Source: a virus
Taxonomy: Duplodnaviria > Heunggongvirae > Uroviricota > Caudoviricetes
DNA length: 64,000 nucleotides
Reading direction: 5' to 3' (one strand)
Virus record (IMG/VR): IMGVR_UViG_3300024303_000028
Location: 44,613 to 108,612 of that record
Both the position numbers and the translations under genes were made by a program. The notes under the pieces are model-generated. The model did not search any database. It saw only the letters and a program-made list of their open reading frames with translations, and was not told where the DNA came from. This document shows positions 18,790 through 28,881 of this stretch, piece after piece. The stretch's first letter is position 1; the number at the start of each line of letters is the position of its first letter.

Positions 18790-19616
18790 AGACGTTCCAC
18801 CTCCATATCCTGACCATCTTTATCAGGCTCTACGCCAAGAACCTGATAGATCTCGGAAAGATCAAGTTGAAGAATACCGTCCGTCTCTTCATTGGTTTTC
18901 ATATAGCCTTTCAGTTCGTTAACGATACTGTGGATTCTCATACGAACGGCATCAGCATCTGGTGTAAGTTCATCAATAAAGATAAACTCCTGCGCATAGG
19001 GAAGATCACGAGCCCACTCAATGAACGAGCCGCTCCATTCTGTAAGCTTATGATTACGACGCTGGTCCCTGCTGCACATTGCGGCGAGATTCTCGTATGT
19101 CATGGTGACAGTACGAGTCTGGAGCCATCCTTCCGGTAACCACCGAATCAGTTCTTTCCAGTACCGCTTGTCCTTGGTCTGCAAATACAATTGACGCAAC
19201 TGCTCCAAATCTTCAAGGAAACACTCGACTCGAATACTCAGAGAAATCGGATCGATCAGCTGGAGAGAACCGTTGTAGTCATCGATCTCAAAACGCTCCT
19301 TGGTAATTGGGGTCGTTGCAAGCTTATGCATAGTTGACGTAGAGTTGGCAGTAGTGCCAACATGATATGTATCAAATTCCTTCCACCAAAAAAGAGGCGC
19401 CGTGATATCCACAGACACCATGATTTGACGAAGAAACTTACGATGAACGCTGCCGGCGCGAATAAGCTGTTGCGCAAGACGCATATCATTTGGCCCGATC
19501 ATATACCTTGTTGCATCAATCGGATAGCTGTCAGACTTATGCCAACTCTCCTTTGGATTGCGCATGCCGCGAAGAGCATGCTCGAAGCCCCATACCTGCG
19601 TGTGTTCAAACTTCAT
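18780..19616 (-). CDS. ThyX-like (flavin-dependent thymidylate synthase family) protein with a non-canonical substrate motif
   Basis: ThyX-like blocks (APLFWWKEF ... ARDLP/WLPEGWLQTRTVTMTYENL). The expected RHRxxS reads TYHVGTTANSTS. Alignment is by eye. Confidence 0.45.
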   Translation of the reverse strand: MKFEHTQVWGFEHALRGMRNPKESWHKSDSYPIDATRYMIGPNDMRLAQQLIRAGSVHRKFLRQIMVSVDITAPLFWWKEFDTYHVGTTANSTSTMHKLATTPITKERFEIDDYNGSLQLIDPISLSIRVECFLEDLEQLRQLYLQTKDKRYWKELIRWLPEGWLQTRTVTMTYENLAAMCSRDQRRNHKLTEWSGSFIEWARDLPYAQEFIFIDELTPDADAVRMRIHSIVNELKGYMKTNEETDGILQLDLSEIYQVLGVEPDKDGQDMEVERLCA

Positions 19617-19742
19617 TATACGTCTTTTCCTTCCCGTCGTTCTTGCTCAGAGCAATCACCTGCAATTTTCATACAGGCGGCAATCATAATCAGAATGAAA
19701 ATCAATATCATCGCAATGATGACAATGACTCCAATGGCGGTA

Positions 19743-20036
19743 TCACTCATTTACAGCGCCCTCTGCATCCGACTCCTTTGCCTTGGAATCGGCTGACTCA
19801 GCGGTATCTTCTGATTTCTGATCGGGGTTGCGTGCCTTGGAGCAGAAATCAATGATATCATTCAAACGCTCCTCTGGCGTAATAGCAGCATTGGTCGCCT
19901 TATTCATGATCACCTGTGCCATAGCATAGGTACCACGGGACAGGCCGAGCGTATGCGCTTTGGAAAGTTGCTGACGAATTGCTTCCTCCGCAGCAAGCCT
20001 GTTCTTCTGGCGAAGTTCTTCACTTCTACGAGACAT
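19743..20036 (-). CDS. hypothetical protein
   Basis: 97-aa hydrophilic ORF. Confidence 0.4.
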   Translation of the reverse strand: MSRRSEELRQKNRLAAEEAIRQQLSKAHTLGLSRGTYAMAQVIMNKATNAAITPEERLNDIIDFCSKARNPDQKSEDTAESADSKAKESDAEGAVNE

Positions 20037-20058
20037 ATGTATACCCCCTTATGTATTG

Positions 20059-20268
20059 TTACTCCCATTCTTCAGGAGCGATTGTACACTTAGCAACGAG
20101 CGAACTATATAGTTCATCTAAACATGTCATACACAAACTGAAGCGGCTCTGCGTCCCATCCATTTTCGAACCGTATCCAAATTGAATACGGAACGATACT
20201 CCCAAATAACCTATGGACGGATCTAACATTTTCCCGCAGCAATTACACACATGATTTTGTTGATCCAT
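20059..20268 (-). CDS. hypothetical zinc-ribbon protein
   Basis: CNCCGK...CMTC; start trimmed to an internal Met to limit overlap with the phosphoesterase gene. Confidence 0.35.
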   Translation of the reverse strand: MDQQNHVCNCCGKMLDPSIGYLGVSFRIQFGYGSKMDGTQSRFSLCMTCLDELYSSLVAKCTIAPEEWE

Positions 20269-20995
20269 ATGTATCCTCCCTATATGGGAAAGCAATAATA
20301 TCATGGTACAACATCTTGTGGTTGTCAATCGTTTCATCCACATGATAATGTGCATTGTACCAGTATAAAATTCGTGTTTTATCTTTTAGGGTCTGAAGCC
20401 ACTCTTCTGTGCTGGTATCGACAACAGACTGATCAACTTGCGGGAGAAAGGCATGTACCGGCCGAACACTCATCGGACAGGTATGCGTCAGCATAACATC
20501 GATTCGGTTCCCGCGGGATTCGAGCACCTGTTCGCACAATGCCTTGGTTTCATCGCTGGGCTGCTCGCTGGCAAACCAACGATACTGATCAAAACCACAT
20601 GACATTGCCTCTATCCGTTCTTCCTTATCAACGCTGTATGCGCCGCCAATGACCATCGTGTCCAGACCATTAAGATGATAGACCGATCCGTCTACTGCGA
20701 AAAGAATATTGGGAAATTCCGGCTCATACATGACCTCTGCACCATTCCATTCTTTTGTGCAATACCCGTCGATATTTTGAGGTCGTTCTTCGTGGTTGCC
20801 ATGGATGCAGAAGAAGGTTAACGGCATGGAAGAAAGCTGTCTTTTTGCATGATGATCTCGCCATCCACCATAATAATTCAACCCGACGTCGCCAAGTATG
20901 ATCATGACGTCCTTCTCCACACTGGTCTGGTGGCTCTTGCAAAACCAGAATAGTCGCTCAAAGTCTCGATGTGTGTCTCCGGTCATGTAAATCAT
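20243..20995 (-). CDS. calcineurin-like metallophosphoesterase
   Basis: GDTHRD, ILGDVGLNYYGG, GNHE motifs. Confidence 0.75.
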   Translation of the reverse strand: MIYMTGDTHRDFERLFWFCKSHQTSVEKDVMIILGDVGLNYYGGWRDHHAKRQLSSMPLTFFCIHGNHEERPQNIDGYCTKEWNGAEVMYEPEFPNILFAVDGSVYHLNGLDTMVIGGAYSVDKEERIEAMSCGFDQYRWFASEQPSDETKALCEQVLESRGNRIDVMLTHTCPMSVRPVHAFLPQVDQSVVDTSTEEWLQTLKDKTRILYWYNAHYHVDETIDNHKMLYHDIIAFPYREDTYGSTKSCV

Positions 20996-21155
20996 TCAAT
21001 ATCCCTCCGGAAAATGTACTCATCAAACCACACTTCATCCTGATAGTGGCCGTCGCGGAAGATACTGAATCGATACATTCCACGATCAGGATCGTAGTCG
21101 ATACGTAATAGATCGCTTTCAGCAATCCACTGAAGGGATTGATGTTGATCGCTCA

Positions 21156-24100
21156 TCATTCAGATTCCTCCTCGAACACTTCTTGTTCACCAGGATAATG
21201 TTTACGATATCCTGTCATAGTAAAATATTGACCTTCTCTGGTATAACCCGTACATGTGATGACGTCACCTTTGTCGATCGGCTCTTTGTCATAGACTCGA
21301 TTGAACACGGTAAAACGTGTTTCAATCCCGCTTCCGATGGACTGTGTGATGATGCTCCATCCGAATTGCTTTCCATCCTTTTTCCTATGAAGCGGATAGA
21401 TCTCTTTCACGTAAAGCAATGGACGATCTTCATCACGCCCAGTCACATATCCGGAATAACCCATTGCTTCATTGAAATATCTGATTTTGGAAATCACATC
21501 AAGGTCCGGTAGATTCAGACCGAGGATCCTTTCTTCACACTCACGGAGAATCGAACGGATATCCAGAATCGTATAACTCGCGGATTCCTTCCCGGACTTA
21601 GTCACGGATGTACTATACTTCTGGACAATCGGCTCTGCATATGAACCAGCTACCTTCTCTTTCTTGATCTGCTTCGCCTCGCCGCATTTGAAGAAATCAA
21701 AAACACCAACGATGCGTTCAAGCTCTCGCTGGTTTCCGAACTTCCTGAAGAAGTCAATATGTAGCAGGATATCAATCTGGCGATGATCTACGCCGCCAAC
21801 AGCCGTAAGATCCATAAGCACGTCCATAAAATGAGTATACTCTTTTTCTGAACCAAGACTATGCAAAATCTTTGATGCCTTCGTGCTCATGAACTTAATC
21901 GACGAGATCCCCTTCGCGATGGTCTTGTCCTCCGGAGAGCATGCGTATTCTCCCCCGGAGATACCGAATCGAGGAGATGTAACAGAAATACCATACTGGC
22001 GAGCGGTTGTCGTACCATTATGGATATCCTCATCATTTGCAGCGTTATTCAGAAATGCAGTGATGAACTCTGCCGGATAGTAATACCTGTAATACGCACA
22101 CAAATAACCGAGCAAACAGTAAGCAATGGAATGATTATACCCGAATTGATAACTTGCTGAGTCCTCGATGATCTGAAGGAATTCTTTTGCTTCCTCCTCC
22201 GCCTCGTTGCGTGGGCGTGGAGACTTTCGACAGTAGCCCTCAAGAATGCTTGGCATCGCCTTATCCAGTCGATCCTTCTGCTTTCGTCCAATCGCCCGTC
22301 GAATGTTATCTGCTTCGCTACCGGAAAGACCGCAAATCTGTTGAAGGAACTTAATCGTGTCCTCCTGATAAATCAGGTAGCCAAGGTTCTCCTTCAGAAG
22401 GTCATCGATAATTTCTGATGGATTATGATGCTGCATTCTGGCCAGCAGTTGGTCGCGATACGATGCTCCTGACGGGCGAATACACGCCGTCACTAGTGAC
22501 ATATCAAAAATACTTTGTGGCCTGAATTTCTTCAGGCTTTCAAAAGCATATCCGCCTTCAAACTGAAAGATGCCGCCGGGCGACTTCAGCATATCCTGCC
22601 ACACAGCCTTGTCTTCCCAGTCGATCTCATGAGAACGAGGATAAGGGATACCGATCAAGCGGCATGTATCACGGATAACCGTCACAGTTTTTAGAATCAG
22701 GAAATCATATTTCGCCAGACCCACCTCATGGGCTTCGTCCATATCCATCACTAGACATAGATCGTCGTCCTTATAAAAGCAACCGAATTCCTGCTGAAGA
22801 TCCACAGGAGAGATAACGATGCCGGCGGGATGTACAGACTGGCTCGACTTCGTGCCATGAAGACCATCATAATAATAAAAGACTTCCGGATGCGCCTTCC
22901 TTGCAGCATCTGGATCAGACGAGTATTCCTTCTTCATCTTGTCAATACGTTTCAGATGATAAGGATTGTCTGGATCGATGGTGATAGACTGCCAGTTCAG
23001 ACGCTTACTGTTTTCGAGAAATTTGGCGAGCTTGTCCGGATGGTTCTTTTCCTCCCACCGTTTACGAAGTGCGCCGCCGATCGCATCGATAGTTGCCAGA
23101 TCTGCGAGTGTGCCGTATGCACCGACTCGGGCGGTGTACTTCTTACCAAAACGTCCGATGATGTGTTTGAAGATGGCCGGACGATCTGTGTCGATAACAT
23201 CGACGTCGATATCACCGATCTCTTCTCGATCTTCATTACAAAAGCGAGAGAATACGGTATGCCATGTTTCTGGATTCAGGTCGATAACATCGGTAACATA
23301 TGCGATTCGTGATCCGCCTACAGAGCCTCTGGCAGGACCAACCGGAATATTGTTTTCTCTGCACCATCCCAGCAGCTCTGCCATGGAAAGCATGAAGCCA
23401 TCCATATGAAGCTTTCGGAAAACGCGGAGTTCTTCAGCGATTGCATCGCGGAAAGCGGATTCCTGATGACGAGGAATCACGCCCGTATTTAGCTTCTCCG
23501 TCAACTTCTCTTCGATGAGCGCTTCAAATTTTTGCGAATCGTTCTCGTGCGTTCCGTACAGAATTGGGTACTTGATGCGGCGGTCAAGCTCAAATTCTTC
23601 TACAGAGTCTGCCATGCGATTTGTCGCATCGATCGCGTCGAGGTATACTTCCTTCGGCAACGCACCTTGAAGTCTGAACATCTCTTCCAGCTCCTCACGG
23701 GTGTGCCAAGTCAGGTCGAAATCATCTTCATTTCCATAACTCTTATCCTTATACTTCATTAGGATACTTCTGCATTCCGCCTTATAGCGAGAGGAGTTAT
23801 GGGTGTCTGTGCCGGCAATTAGTTGCTTGTTGAACTCCAAAGCGAGTTGCAACAAGAACGAGTTGTATTCCCGCTGATCATCACAGATGTGAGGCTGGAC
23901 TTCAAGATAGTCATATCGTTCGACCAGTCGATTGAACATATGATGATCCCTTGGCAACTTGGCCAGTGGTGATGCAAGACACGCGCTGGTTGTGATAATG
24001 TTATCGGACAGAGACAGGAATTCTTCAAACGAAATACGATTGGTGTAGTAAAAATGGTGTTCGTCAGATGAAAGAGCAATCAGCTCATTCAGCTCCCGAA

Positions 24101-24377
24101 CGCCTGCTAAATTCTTAGCGATGAGTACAGTATGGAAATTGTCACGAACCCTTGGTTCGAGTTGCTCCGTTAGATATATTTCAACAGCATGTATGTATTT
24201 GATCCCGCGTTTATCACATTCAATCTTCTTGGACACCCATCCCAACGGTTTGCCATGTTCTGAAAACGCGATGGATTTCATTCCTTGCTGTTCCGCAAGA
24301 TCCAAGTACTCCTTAAAGTTAGAGCAACTATCCAGAAGAGAATCATCGGAATGTAAATGATATACGGTATAACTCAT
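21156..24377 (-). CDS. dnaE: DNA polymerase III alpha-type replicative polymerase (PHP + polymerase core)
   Basis: Start at MSYTVYHLHSDDS (PHP-domain His motif); ~1070 aa; consistent with a phage-encoded DnaE. Confidence 0.8.
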   Translation of the reverse strand: MSYTVYHLHSDDSLLDSCSNFKEYLDLAEQQGMKSIAFSEHGKPLGWVSKKIECDKRGIKYIHAVEIYLTEQLEPRVRDNFHTVLIAKNLAGVRELNELIALSSDEHHFYYTNRISFEEFLSLSDNIITTSACLASPLAKLPRDHHMFNRLVERYDYLEVQPHICDDQREYNSFLLQLALEFNKQLIAGTDTHNSSRYKAECRSILMKYKDKSYGNEDDFDLTWHTREELEEMFRLQGALPKEVYLDAIDATNRMADSVEEFELDRRIKYPILYGTHENDSQKFEALIEEKLTEKLNTGVIPRHQESAFRDAIAEELRVFRKLHMDGFMLSMAELLGWCRENNIPVGPARGSVGGSRIAYVTDVIDLNPETWHTVFSRFCNEDREEIGDIDVDVIDTDRPAIFKHIIGRFGKKYTARVGAYGTLADLATIDAIGGALRKRWEEKNHPDKLAKFLENSKRLNWQSITIDPDNPYHLKRIDKMKKEYSSDPDAARKAHPEVFYYYDGLHGTKSSQSVHPAGIVISPVDLQQEFGCFYKDDDLCLVMDMDEAHEVGLAKYDFLILKTVTVIRDTCRLIGIPYPRSHEIDWEDKAVWQDMLKSPGGIFQFEGGYAFESLKKFRPQSIFDMSLVTACIRPSGASYRDQLLARMQHHNPSEIIDDLLKENLGYLIYQEDTIKFLQQICGLSGSEADNIRRAIGRKQKDRLDKAMPSILEGYCRKSPRPRNEAEEEAKEFLQIIEDSASYQFGYNHSIAYCLLGYLCAYYRYYYPAEFITAFLNNAANDEDIHNGTTTARQYGISVTSPRFGISGGEYACSPEDKTIAKGISSIKFMSTKASKILHSLGSEKEYTHFMDVLMDLTAVGGVDHRQIDILLHIDFFRKFGNQRELERIVGVFDFFKCGEAKQIKKEKVAGSYAEPIVQKYSTSVTKSGKESASYTILDIRSILRECEERILGLNLPDLDVISKIRYFNEAMGYSGYVTGRDEDRPLLYVKEIYPLHRKKDGKQFGWSIITQSIGSGIETRFTVFNRVYDKEPIDKGDVITCTGYTREGQYFTMTGYRKHYPGEQEVFEEESE

Positions 24378-24844
24378 GCAGCAATACCCTCTGAGCATTC
24401 TTCCACAGGTTTGCCGTCTTCCCACTTCCTGAAATCAAAATTCATCCAATACTCCGGATAATTTGATAGTTTGGAAAGAACGTCGTCGCCGAAGTAGAAT
24501 GAAACGGCCGGCCTGGATCCAAGCCACCACGAGAAATCCCGCTCCTTCCAAGGATGCTTTTCAAGTTCCTTTGCGGGGATAACCAGGATACATGGAACAA
24601 TATTATGTATCATGTCTTCCTTTGTATAGCCGCAGTTCAATACACCATCGCATGGTTCAAGCACAGCACAATCGAAGGGGAAATACACATCGACCTGTCC
24701 TGAAACGAATCGCTCGTATACCGTACCTGCATTGCAATCATACGGCGCATCGTTCCAGTCATCGCCGTAGTATTCTTGTAGGTCGTCATCGCCCAAGAAA
24801 AAACGGACGATGTTACCCTTTCTCTCGAAGTCGATAATCTTCAT
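24374..24844 (-). CDS. hypothetical protein
   Basis: 156 aa; its stop abuts the dnaE start. Confidence 0.45.
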   Translation of the reverse strand: MKIIDFERKGNIVRFFLGDDDLQEYYGDDWNDAPYDCNAGTVYERFVSGQVDVYFPFDCAVLEPCDGVLNCGYTKEDMIHNIVPCILVIPAKELEKHPWKERDFSWWLGSRPAVSFYFGDDVLSKLSNYPEYWMNFDFRKWEDGKPVEECSEGIAA

Positions 24845-25856
24845 TGTTTAGAGTCCTTTCATTCAAAGGTTCCCGTTGATTATAAAGCCATTCCCAGATA
24901 TCCCGCCCCTTATCAACCGGCGCCATTTTGTCCTCCAATGCTTTGTGTCGGTTCCTGACCCAGAAGACCTGCGCGTATTGCGTCAACTTCATAATCCTCG
25001 CATCCTTCGTGATATCCACATCGGCGTCGAGAGCAAACGTAATACGAATTTGATGGAAGTTAGATAGACGCAAAAGAGCTTCGAACTGGCTCTGTGAAAG
25101 ATGCGAAGTCATCAGTGCTCCACAATTCTCATAACCCCAGCCCCATGCCATCATTACAGATTTGGCGCCCTCGAAAAGAATGATTTCCTTCATATCCTGA
25201 ATGGCTTTCTGATTCTCAGCAAAGCCATAAATCGTATCCAGAGTGCCGATGGATCCCATGTATGTATATTTTCTGATGCCCTTCTGTTTGAAATCTGGGT
25301 CGCAAGTACGGCCGCTGACGCAAAAAATACGACCAGCATAGTCTCTGACCGGATAGACGATGCGGTTGTCTACGGCGTCATACCGAACTCCGAAGCGCTT
25401 CATAGCTTCCCATGAAATGCCCTCGTCAGCCCATGGCTGTAATTTTTCCTTGCGCATTTCATATCGGTCCATGTATCTTTCGGGAAGTGGTTTAGCCGTT
25501 GTCTGAGGGGTCGGCTTCTCTTGGTGACGATATTTCTTGGCGATCCTTGAAGCCTCCAGCCGGGTGACTACTCCATCCTCTGTTTCGGTGATATGTGCGA
25601 ACGCCTTTAGCTTCTGCACTGCTTGGCGTACAGAAATACCGTCAACCTTCGTGATGAAGTCAATGATGTTGCCGCCAAACCCCACAGAGAAATCGTAAAA
25701 GAACTTTGTCTCTGGCCGCAAAGAAAAAGATGGCGTTTTTTCATTCGGGTTGAATGGAGAAATCGCCCACAGCTCGCCACCCTTTTCTTCAAACTCGCAG
25801 TACTGAGACATATATTCGACAATATCGACAGCTTCTATGATATCAGCAACTTCCAC
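24813..25856 (-). CDS. DnaG-like DNA primase (TOPRIM) with a degenerate zinc-binding domain
   Basis: ISPFNPNEKTPSF aligns to DnaG CPFHxEKTPSF, but the Cys/His ligands are replaced; TOPRIM-like ILFEGAKSVMMAWG. Confidence 0.65.
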   Translation of the reverse strand: MEVADIIEAVDIVEYMSQYCEFEEKGGELWAISPFNPNEKTPSFSLRPETKFFYDFSVGFGGNIIDFITKVDGISVRQAVQKLKAFAHITETEDGVVTRLEASRIAKKYRHQEKPTPQTTAKPLPERYMDRYEMRKEKLQPWADEGISWEAMKRFGVRYDAVDNRIVYPVRDYAGRIFCVSGRTCDPDFKQKGIRKYTYMGSIGTLDTIYGFAENQKAIQDMKEIILFEGAKSVMMAWGWGYENCGALMTSHLSQSQFEALLRLSNFHQIRITFALDADVDITKDARIMKLTQYAQVFWVRNRHKALEDKMAPVDKGRDIWEWLYNQREPLNERTLNNEDYRLREKG

Positions 25857-25868
25857 CCAACCACCTCC

Positions 25869-27212
25869 TTAATACGGGGTTGTCGGCATATGTTGTTGAG
25901 CCTCTTCGTAGCTAATGATGTTGCCGTCAAAAACCATATCGATGTATTCACCGTCGGCCATTTGCTCACCATTACGATTAAACTTGACGATCAGCTTTTT
26001 ATTCCCGCATGCGGCTCCGTCTGCATCCAGTTCTTCCTGAGTTTTGCTTTGAAGCATCAGAATTGTTGAGGCGTTGCGGGCGATCTTAGCGGAATCAGCA
26101 AGACGACCGGTGGAGGTTGCCTGTGCTGCACCAATACCCGCGATATTCATCTCTCCACAAATACGATTCTTGACCGTATCCACAAGCCCGCCGAGTGATT
26201 GATACGAAGCGAATGCATCCTTCTCATCAGCTCCTTTGAAGTAGTCTACAATCAGGACATCAATTCCCTGCGTGTGGAATACTTTTTTAACTGATGTATA
26301 AATGCTCTGCTCGTCAAAGCTCGGCATGTACAGATGCGTAAAACCACACGACTTCAGCCATTCCTTTGCCTGCAGAATTAACGCACGCTCCTCATCGTTA
26401 TATAATCCAAACCTGATTGTGCGGAAAGACAGGCCGGTTAAATGAGATAGCATTCGACAAGTAAATAGCTCCGAATTCAATTCGCTGTCTATGTAGAAAA
26501 CACGATACCCTCGTTTGAGCAGATCGGCAGCGCAGTTCAGAAGCATCATGGACTTACCCATCTTCTGTTCCGCGCCGAAGATGATCAACTCTCCTCGTTC
26601 GATCTGGACATATCGATTCAGATTCTCGAACTTAAATGGAATGATGCCGGCCGCATTTGGTTGGTGCTTTCGTTCGATCGATTCAAAATACCCATCAACC
26701 ACGTCTTTGAATTGCGGAATTTCAGTGGCTGTGGAAAACTCCAACATTACATTATCCAGCGTCGAATAGATCTGATGCTCGATATCCGCGCTTCCACCGG
26801 TTTCGCATATCCGTTTGCAGGCTTCCAACTTTTCGTATGTATGCCGTCTGAACGCTGAATCAAGCACTGCGCCAACGACCACCATGTAATCTTCTCGATT
26901 TGTTCTGGCAATGAATCTTGCGTTGTTCAACAGATCCTGTAGAGACGGAATCGAAATGATACGCGTTGCGTCATTCCCGACATGTTCAGTGCCCTTATAC
27001 ATGTTAAGAATGTTCATGATGTTATACGCATCAACTTTATCCACGCCCTTCTTGGCCAGCTCCTGCACAGCAAAATAGACATAGGCGTTCTGCGGATTCG
27101 TGAAATGGTTGGGTCGAAGCTGTTCAGAAAAGAATATCAGCTCCGGGTCCAAAACAACCGAGGCGATGACACCCGCCTCGGCTTCTACGTTTTTGATATC
27201 GCTTGCTGCCAT
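25869..27212 (-). CDS. dnaB: replicative DNA helicase (DnaB family)
   Basis: Start set at MAASDIKNVEAEAGVIASVVL (DnaB N-terminal motif); Walker A GAEQKMGKSMMLLN; RecA-like core. Confidence 0.8.
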   Translation of the reverse strand: MAASDIKNVEAEAGVIASVVLDPELIFFSEQLRPNHFTNPQNAYVYFAVQELAKKGVDKVDAYNIMNILNMYKGTEHVGNDATRIISIPSLQDLLNNARFIARTNREDYMVVVGAVLDSAFRRHTYEKLEACKRICETGGSADIEHQIYSTLDNVMLEFSTATEIPQFKDVVDGYFESIERKHQPNAAGIIPFKFENLNRYVQIERGELIIFGAEQKMGKSMMLLNCAADLLKRGYRVFYIDSELNSELFTCRMLSHLTGLSFRTIRFGLYNDEERALILQAKEWLKSCGFTHLYMPSFDEQSIYTSVKKVFHTQGIDVLIVDYFKGADEKDAFASYQSLGGLVDTVKNRICGEMNIAGIGAAQATSTGRLADSAKIARNASTILMLQSKTQEELDADGAACGNKKLIVKFNRNGEQMADGEYIDMVFDGNIISYEEAQQHMPTTPY

Positions 27213-27220
27213 GACTGACG

Positions 27221-27994
27221 TCAACCTCCCATTTCGTAGTAGACACAAGCTCCATGTACACCGCATATATGCTGACACTGGAAAAACTCGATTTGTGGTG
27301 GGAAATCATCCGCGGCTTCAAGACTATGGATCAGATTCAATGCCCACCTCTTTGCCTCTTCGTAAGCTGGCAGAGAAAATTTTTCACGAACGATTTCGCC
27401 AGTTCGATAACAATGAAATACGAGTTCTTCCGGTAGTTTGCCATAATGCTTTTCCACCCATACTGAATACAGATAAAGCTGACGAAGATATGCATCGAGC
27501 TCTTTATCGGATTTGGTCGGCTTTGTCCGTTTGCTTCTTTGCTTAAGCGGATGAGATTTATGATCCACCAGAATCAACCCACCATCTTGTTTGCGAAGAA
27601 GCATATCGACATATCCGATAAACGGGTAGCCGTCCAATTCAAACTCAATTTGATTCTCAATGCCAAGAATTTCAACATCACATGGCTTGATCCGCTCCAT
27701 GCATTCTAAACCTTGATTAAAAAACTTTCGTTTGATACTGGATTGGATTCGACCTTTGATCTCGGTGAAAAAGCCAGATATATATCGAATGAATAAAGCA
27801 TCACGGCTTATATGCCCAGAATAGTATCCGGCGAGCAACCGGTGAATGAAGGAGCCATACTCCGCATAGAAGCATGGCTCCTCCTCTTCCGGATATATGT
27901 AGGTGAGCAGGAAGCGGTAGGGGCAATCCTCATAACTTCTCAGACGTGAATAACTCCATGTCATTTGAGAAATCAGGTATGAATATCTCCCCAT
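27221..27994 (-). CDS. PD-(D/E)XK nuclease of the Cas4/RecB family with Fe-S cysteine cluster
   Basis: N-terminal Cys (EDCPYRF). C-terminal CQHICGVHGAC cluster. ILVDHK nuclease core. Confidence 0.65.
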   Translation of the reverse strand: MGRYSYLISQMTWSYSRLRSYEDCPYRFLLTYIYPEEEEPCFYAEYGSFIHRLLAGYYSGHISRDALFIRYISGFFTEIKGRIQSSIKRKFFNQGLECMERIKPCDVEILGIENQIEFELDGYPFIGYVDMLLRKQDGGLILVDHKSHPLKQRSKRTKPTKSDKELDAYLRQLYLYSVWVEKHYGKLPEELVFHCYRTGEIVREKFSLPAYEEAKRWALNLIHSLEAADDFPPQIEFFQCQHICGVHGACVYYEMGG

Positions 27995-28005
27995 TTATAT
28001 CCTCA

Positions 28006-28386
28006 TCAGAACGGAAGCTCGTTGCTGTCAGATTCTACGGGGTTTGCTTCGGGTACTTCCTGGACGGGCGCGGCGTCTGGACGTACGGCGTTGCCGGACT
28101 CAGCACGTTCAAAAGAGAACACGGCGTAATTCACATACTCCTTCCGCGCCTCCTTATCATAACGAGAAGTCACGTCCACATCGCCGAGCTTAATGCGATC
28201 CCTTTCTCGAAGTTGTAGCGCATCTACAGCGCAGTTGCCGACAAAGTTACAAAAGCCGGAGAAATCCTGTTCATATTCGCCAGTCTGCTTATTCTTGCGG
28301 CTCGTAGACAGACGAACCTTGGTTACATTGGGACGTGTAGATTCCACGCTCCACACAGTTGCATAACCACCATTACGGAAACCCAT
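28006..28386 (-). CDS. ssb: single-stranded DNA-binding protein
   Basis: OB-fold-sized protein with acidic tail ending DSNELPF (SSB C-terminal D-x-P-F type). Confidence 0.7.
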   Translation of the reverse strand: MGFRNGGYATVWSVESTRPNVTKVRLSTSRKNKQTGEYEQDFSGFCNFVGNCAVDALQLRERDRIKLGDVDVTSRYDKEARKEYVNYAVFSFERAESGNAVRPDAAPVQEVPEANPVESDSNELPF

Positions 28387-28415
28387 ATGAAAACCTCCTA
28401 CTATTTATACAGTTC

Positions 28416-28871
28416 TTACAGTTTAGAGAGATCCCAATTGAACGGGAGCTCGCTCTTGCAATATGGATAGATCGGGCAGTCCGGACAGTACTCGTGGTGA
28501 TCACAACACCACTTGATGAACTTCATTGCAAGTGCAACGTTGCCAAACGTAACTTCCTTCTCAGCAGTATCGGGAAGTGCCTTTCCAGTCGCCGTCACCT
28601 CGGAACAGCATTCACAAGGGGCGTTTACAAACTCCTCCTTCGAGAACGTTGACTTGCTGTTCTTAGGAAAGCAGATCTCTTCTTGGGGATCATCTTCAAC
28701 ATCAAAGCCGGAAATCGGATCGTACTTAAACAGCTCGGCATAGAGCTTGTATGCACGCGGGCCGACCTGGCAGACGTCTCGACGAATAAGCGAATAGCCA
28801 TCAGCAACGGCTGCGTTGACCAGGTTATCAAACGATTCCGGGACATCATGAACAATTGTCTTGATTTGCAT
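28416..28871 (-). CDS. hypothetical Cys-rich protein
   Basis: 151 aa, CECC, CCDHHEYCPDCPIYPYC. Confidence 0.45.
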   Translation of the reverse strand: MQIKTIVHDVPESFDNLVNAAVADGYSLIRRDVCQVGPRAYKLYAELFKYDPISGFDVEDDPQEEICFPKNSKSTFSKEEFVNAPCECCSEVTATGKALPDTAEKEVTFGNVALAMKFIKWCCDHHEYCPDCPIYPYCKSELPFNWDLSKL

Positions 28872-28881
28872 CGGTAACTCC

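Noticed and set aside
15943-24377. Inteins in NrdD, DnaE and DnaB
   Set aside because: Their lengths (760, ~1070 and ~447 aa) are normal for intein-free proteins, and no Hint-domain or HNH insertions were seen inside them.
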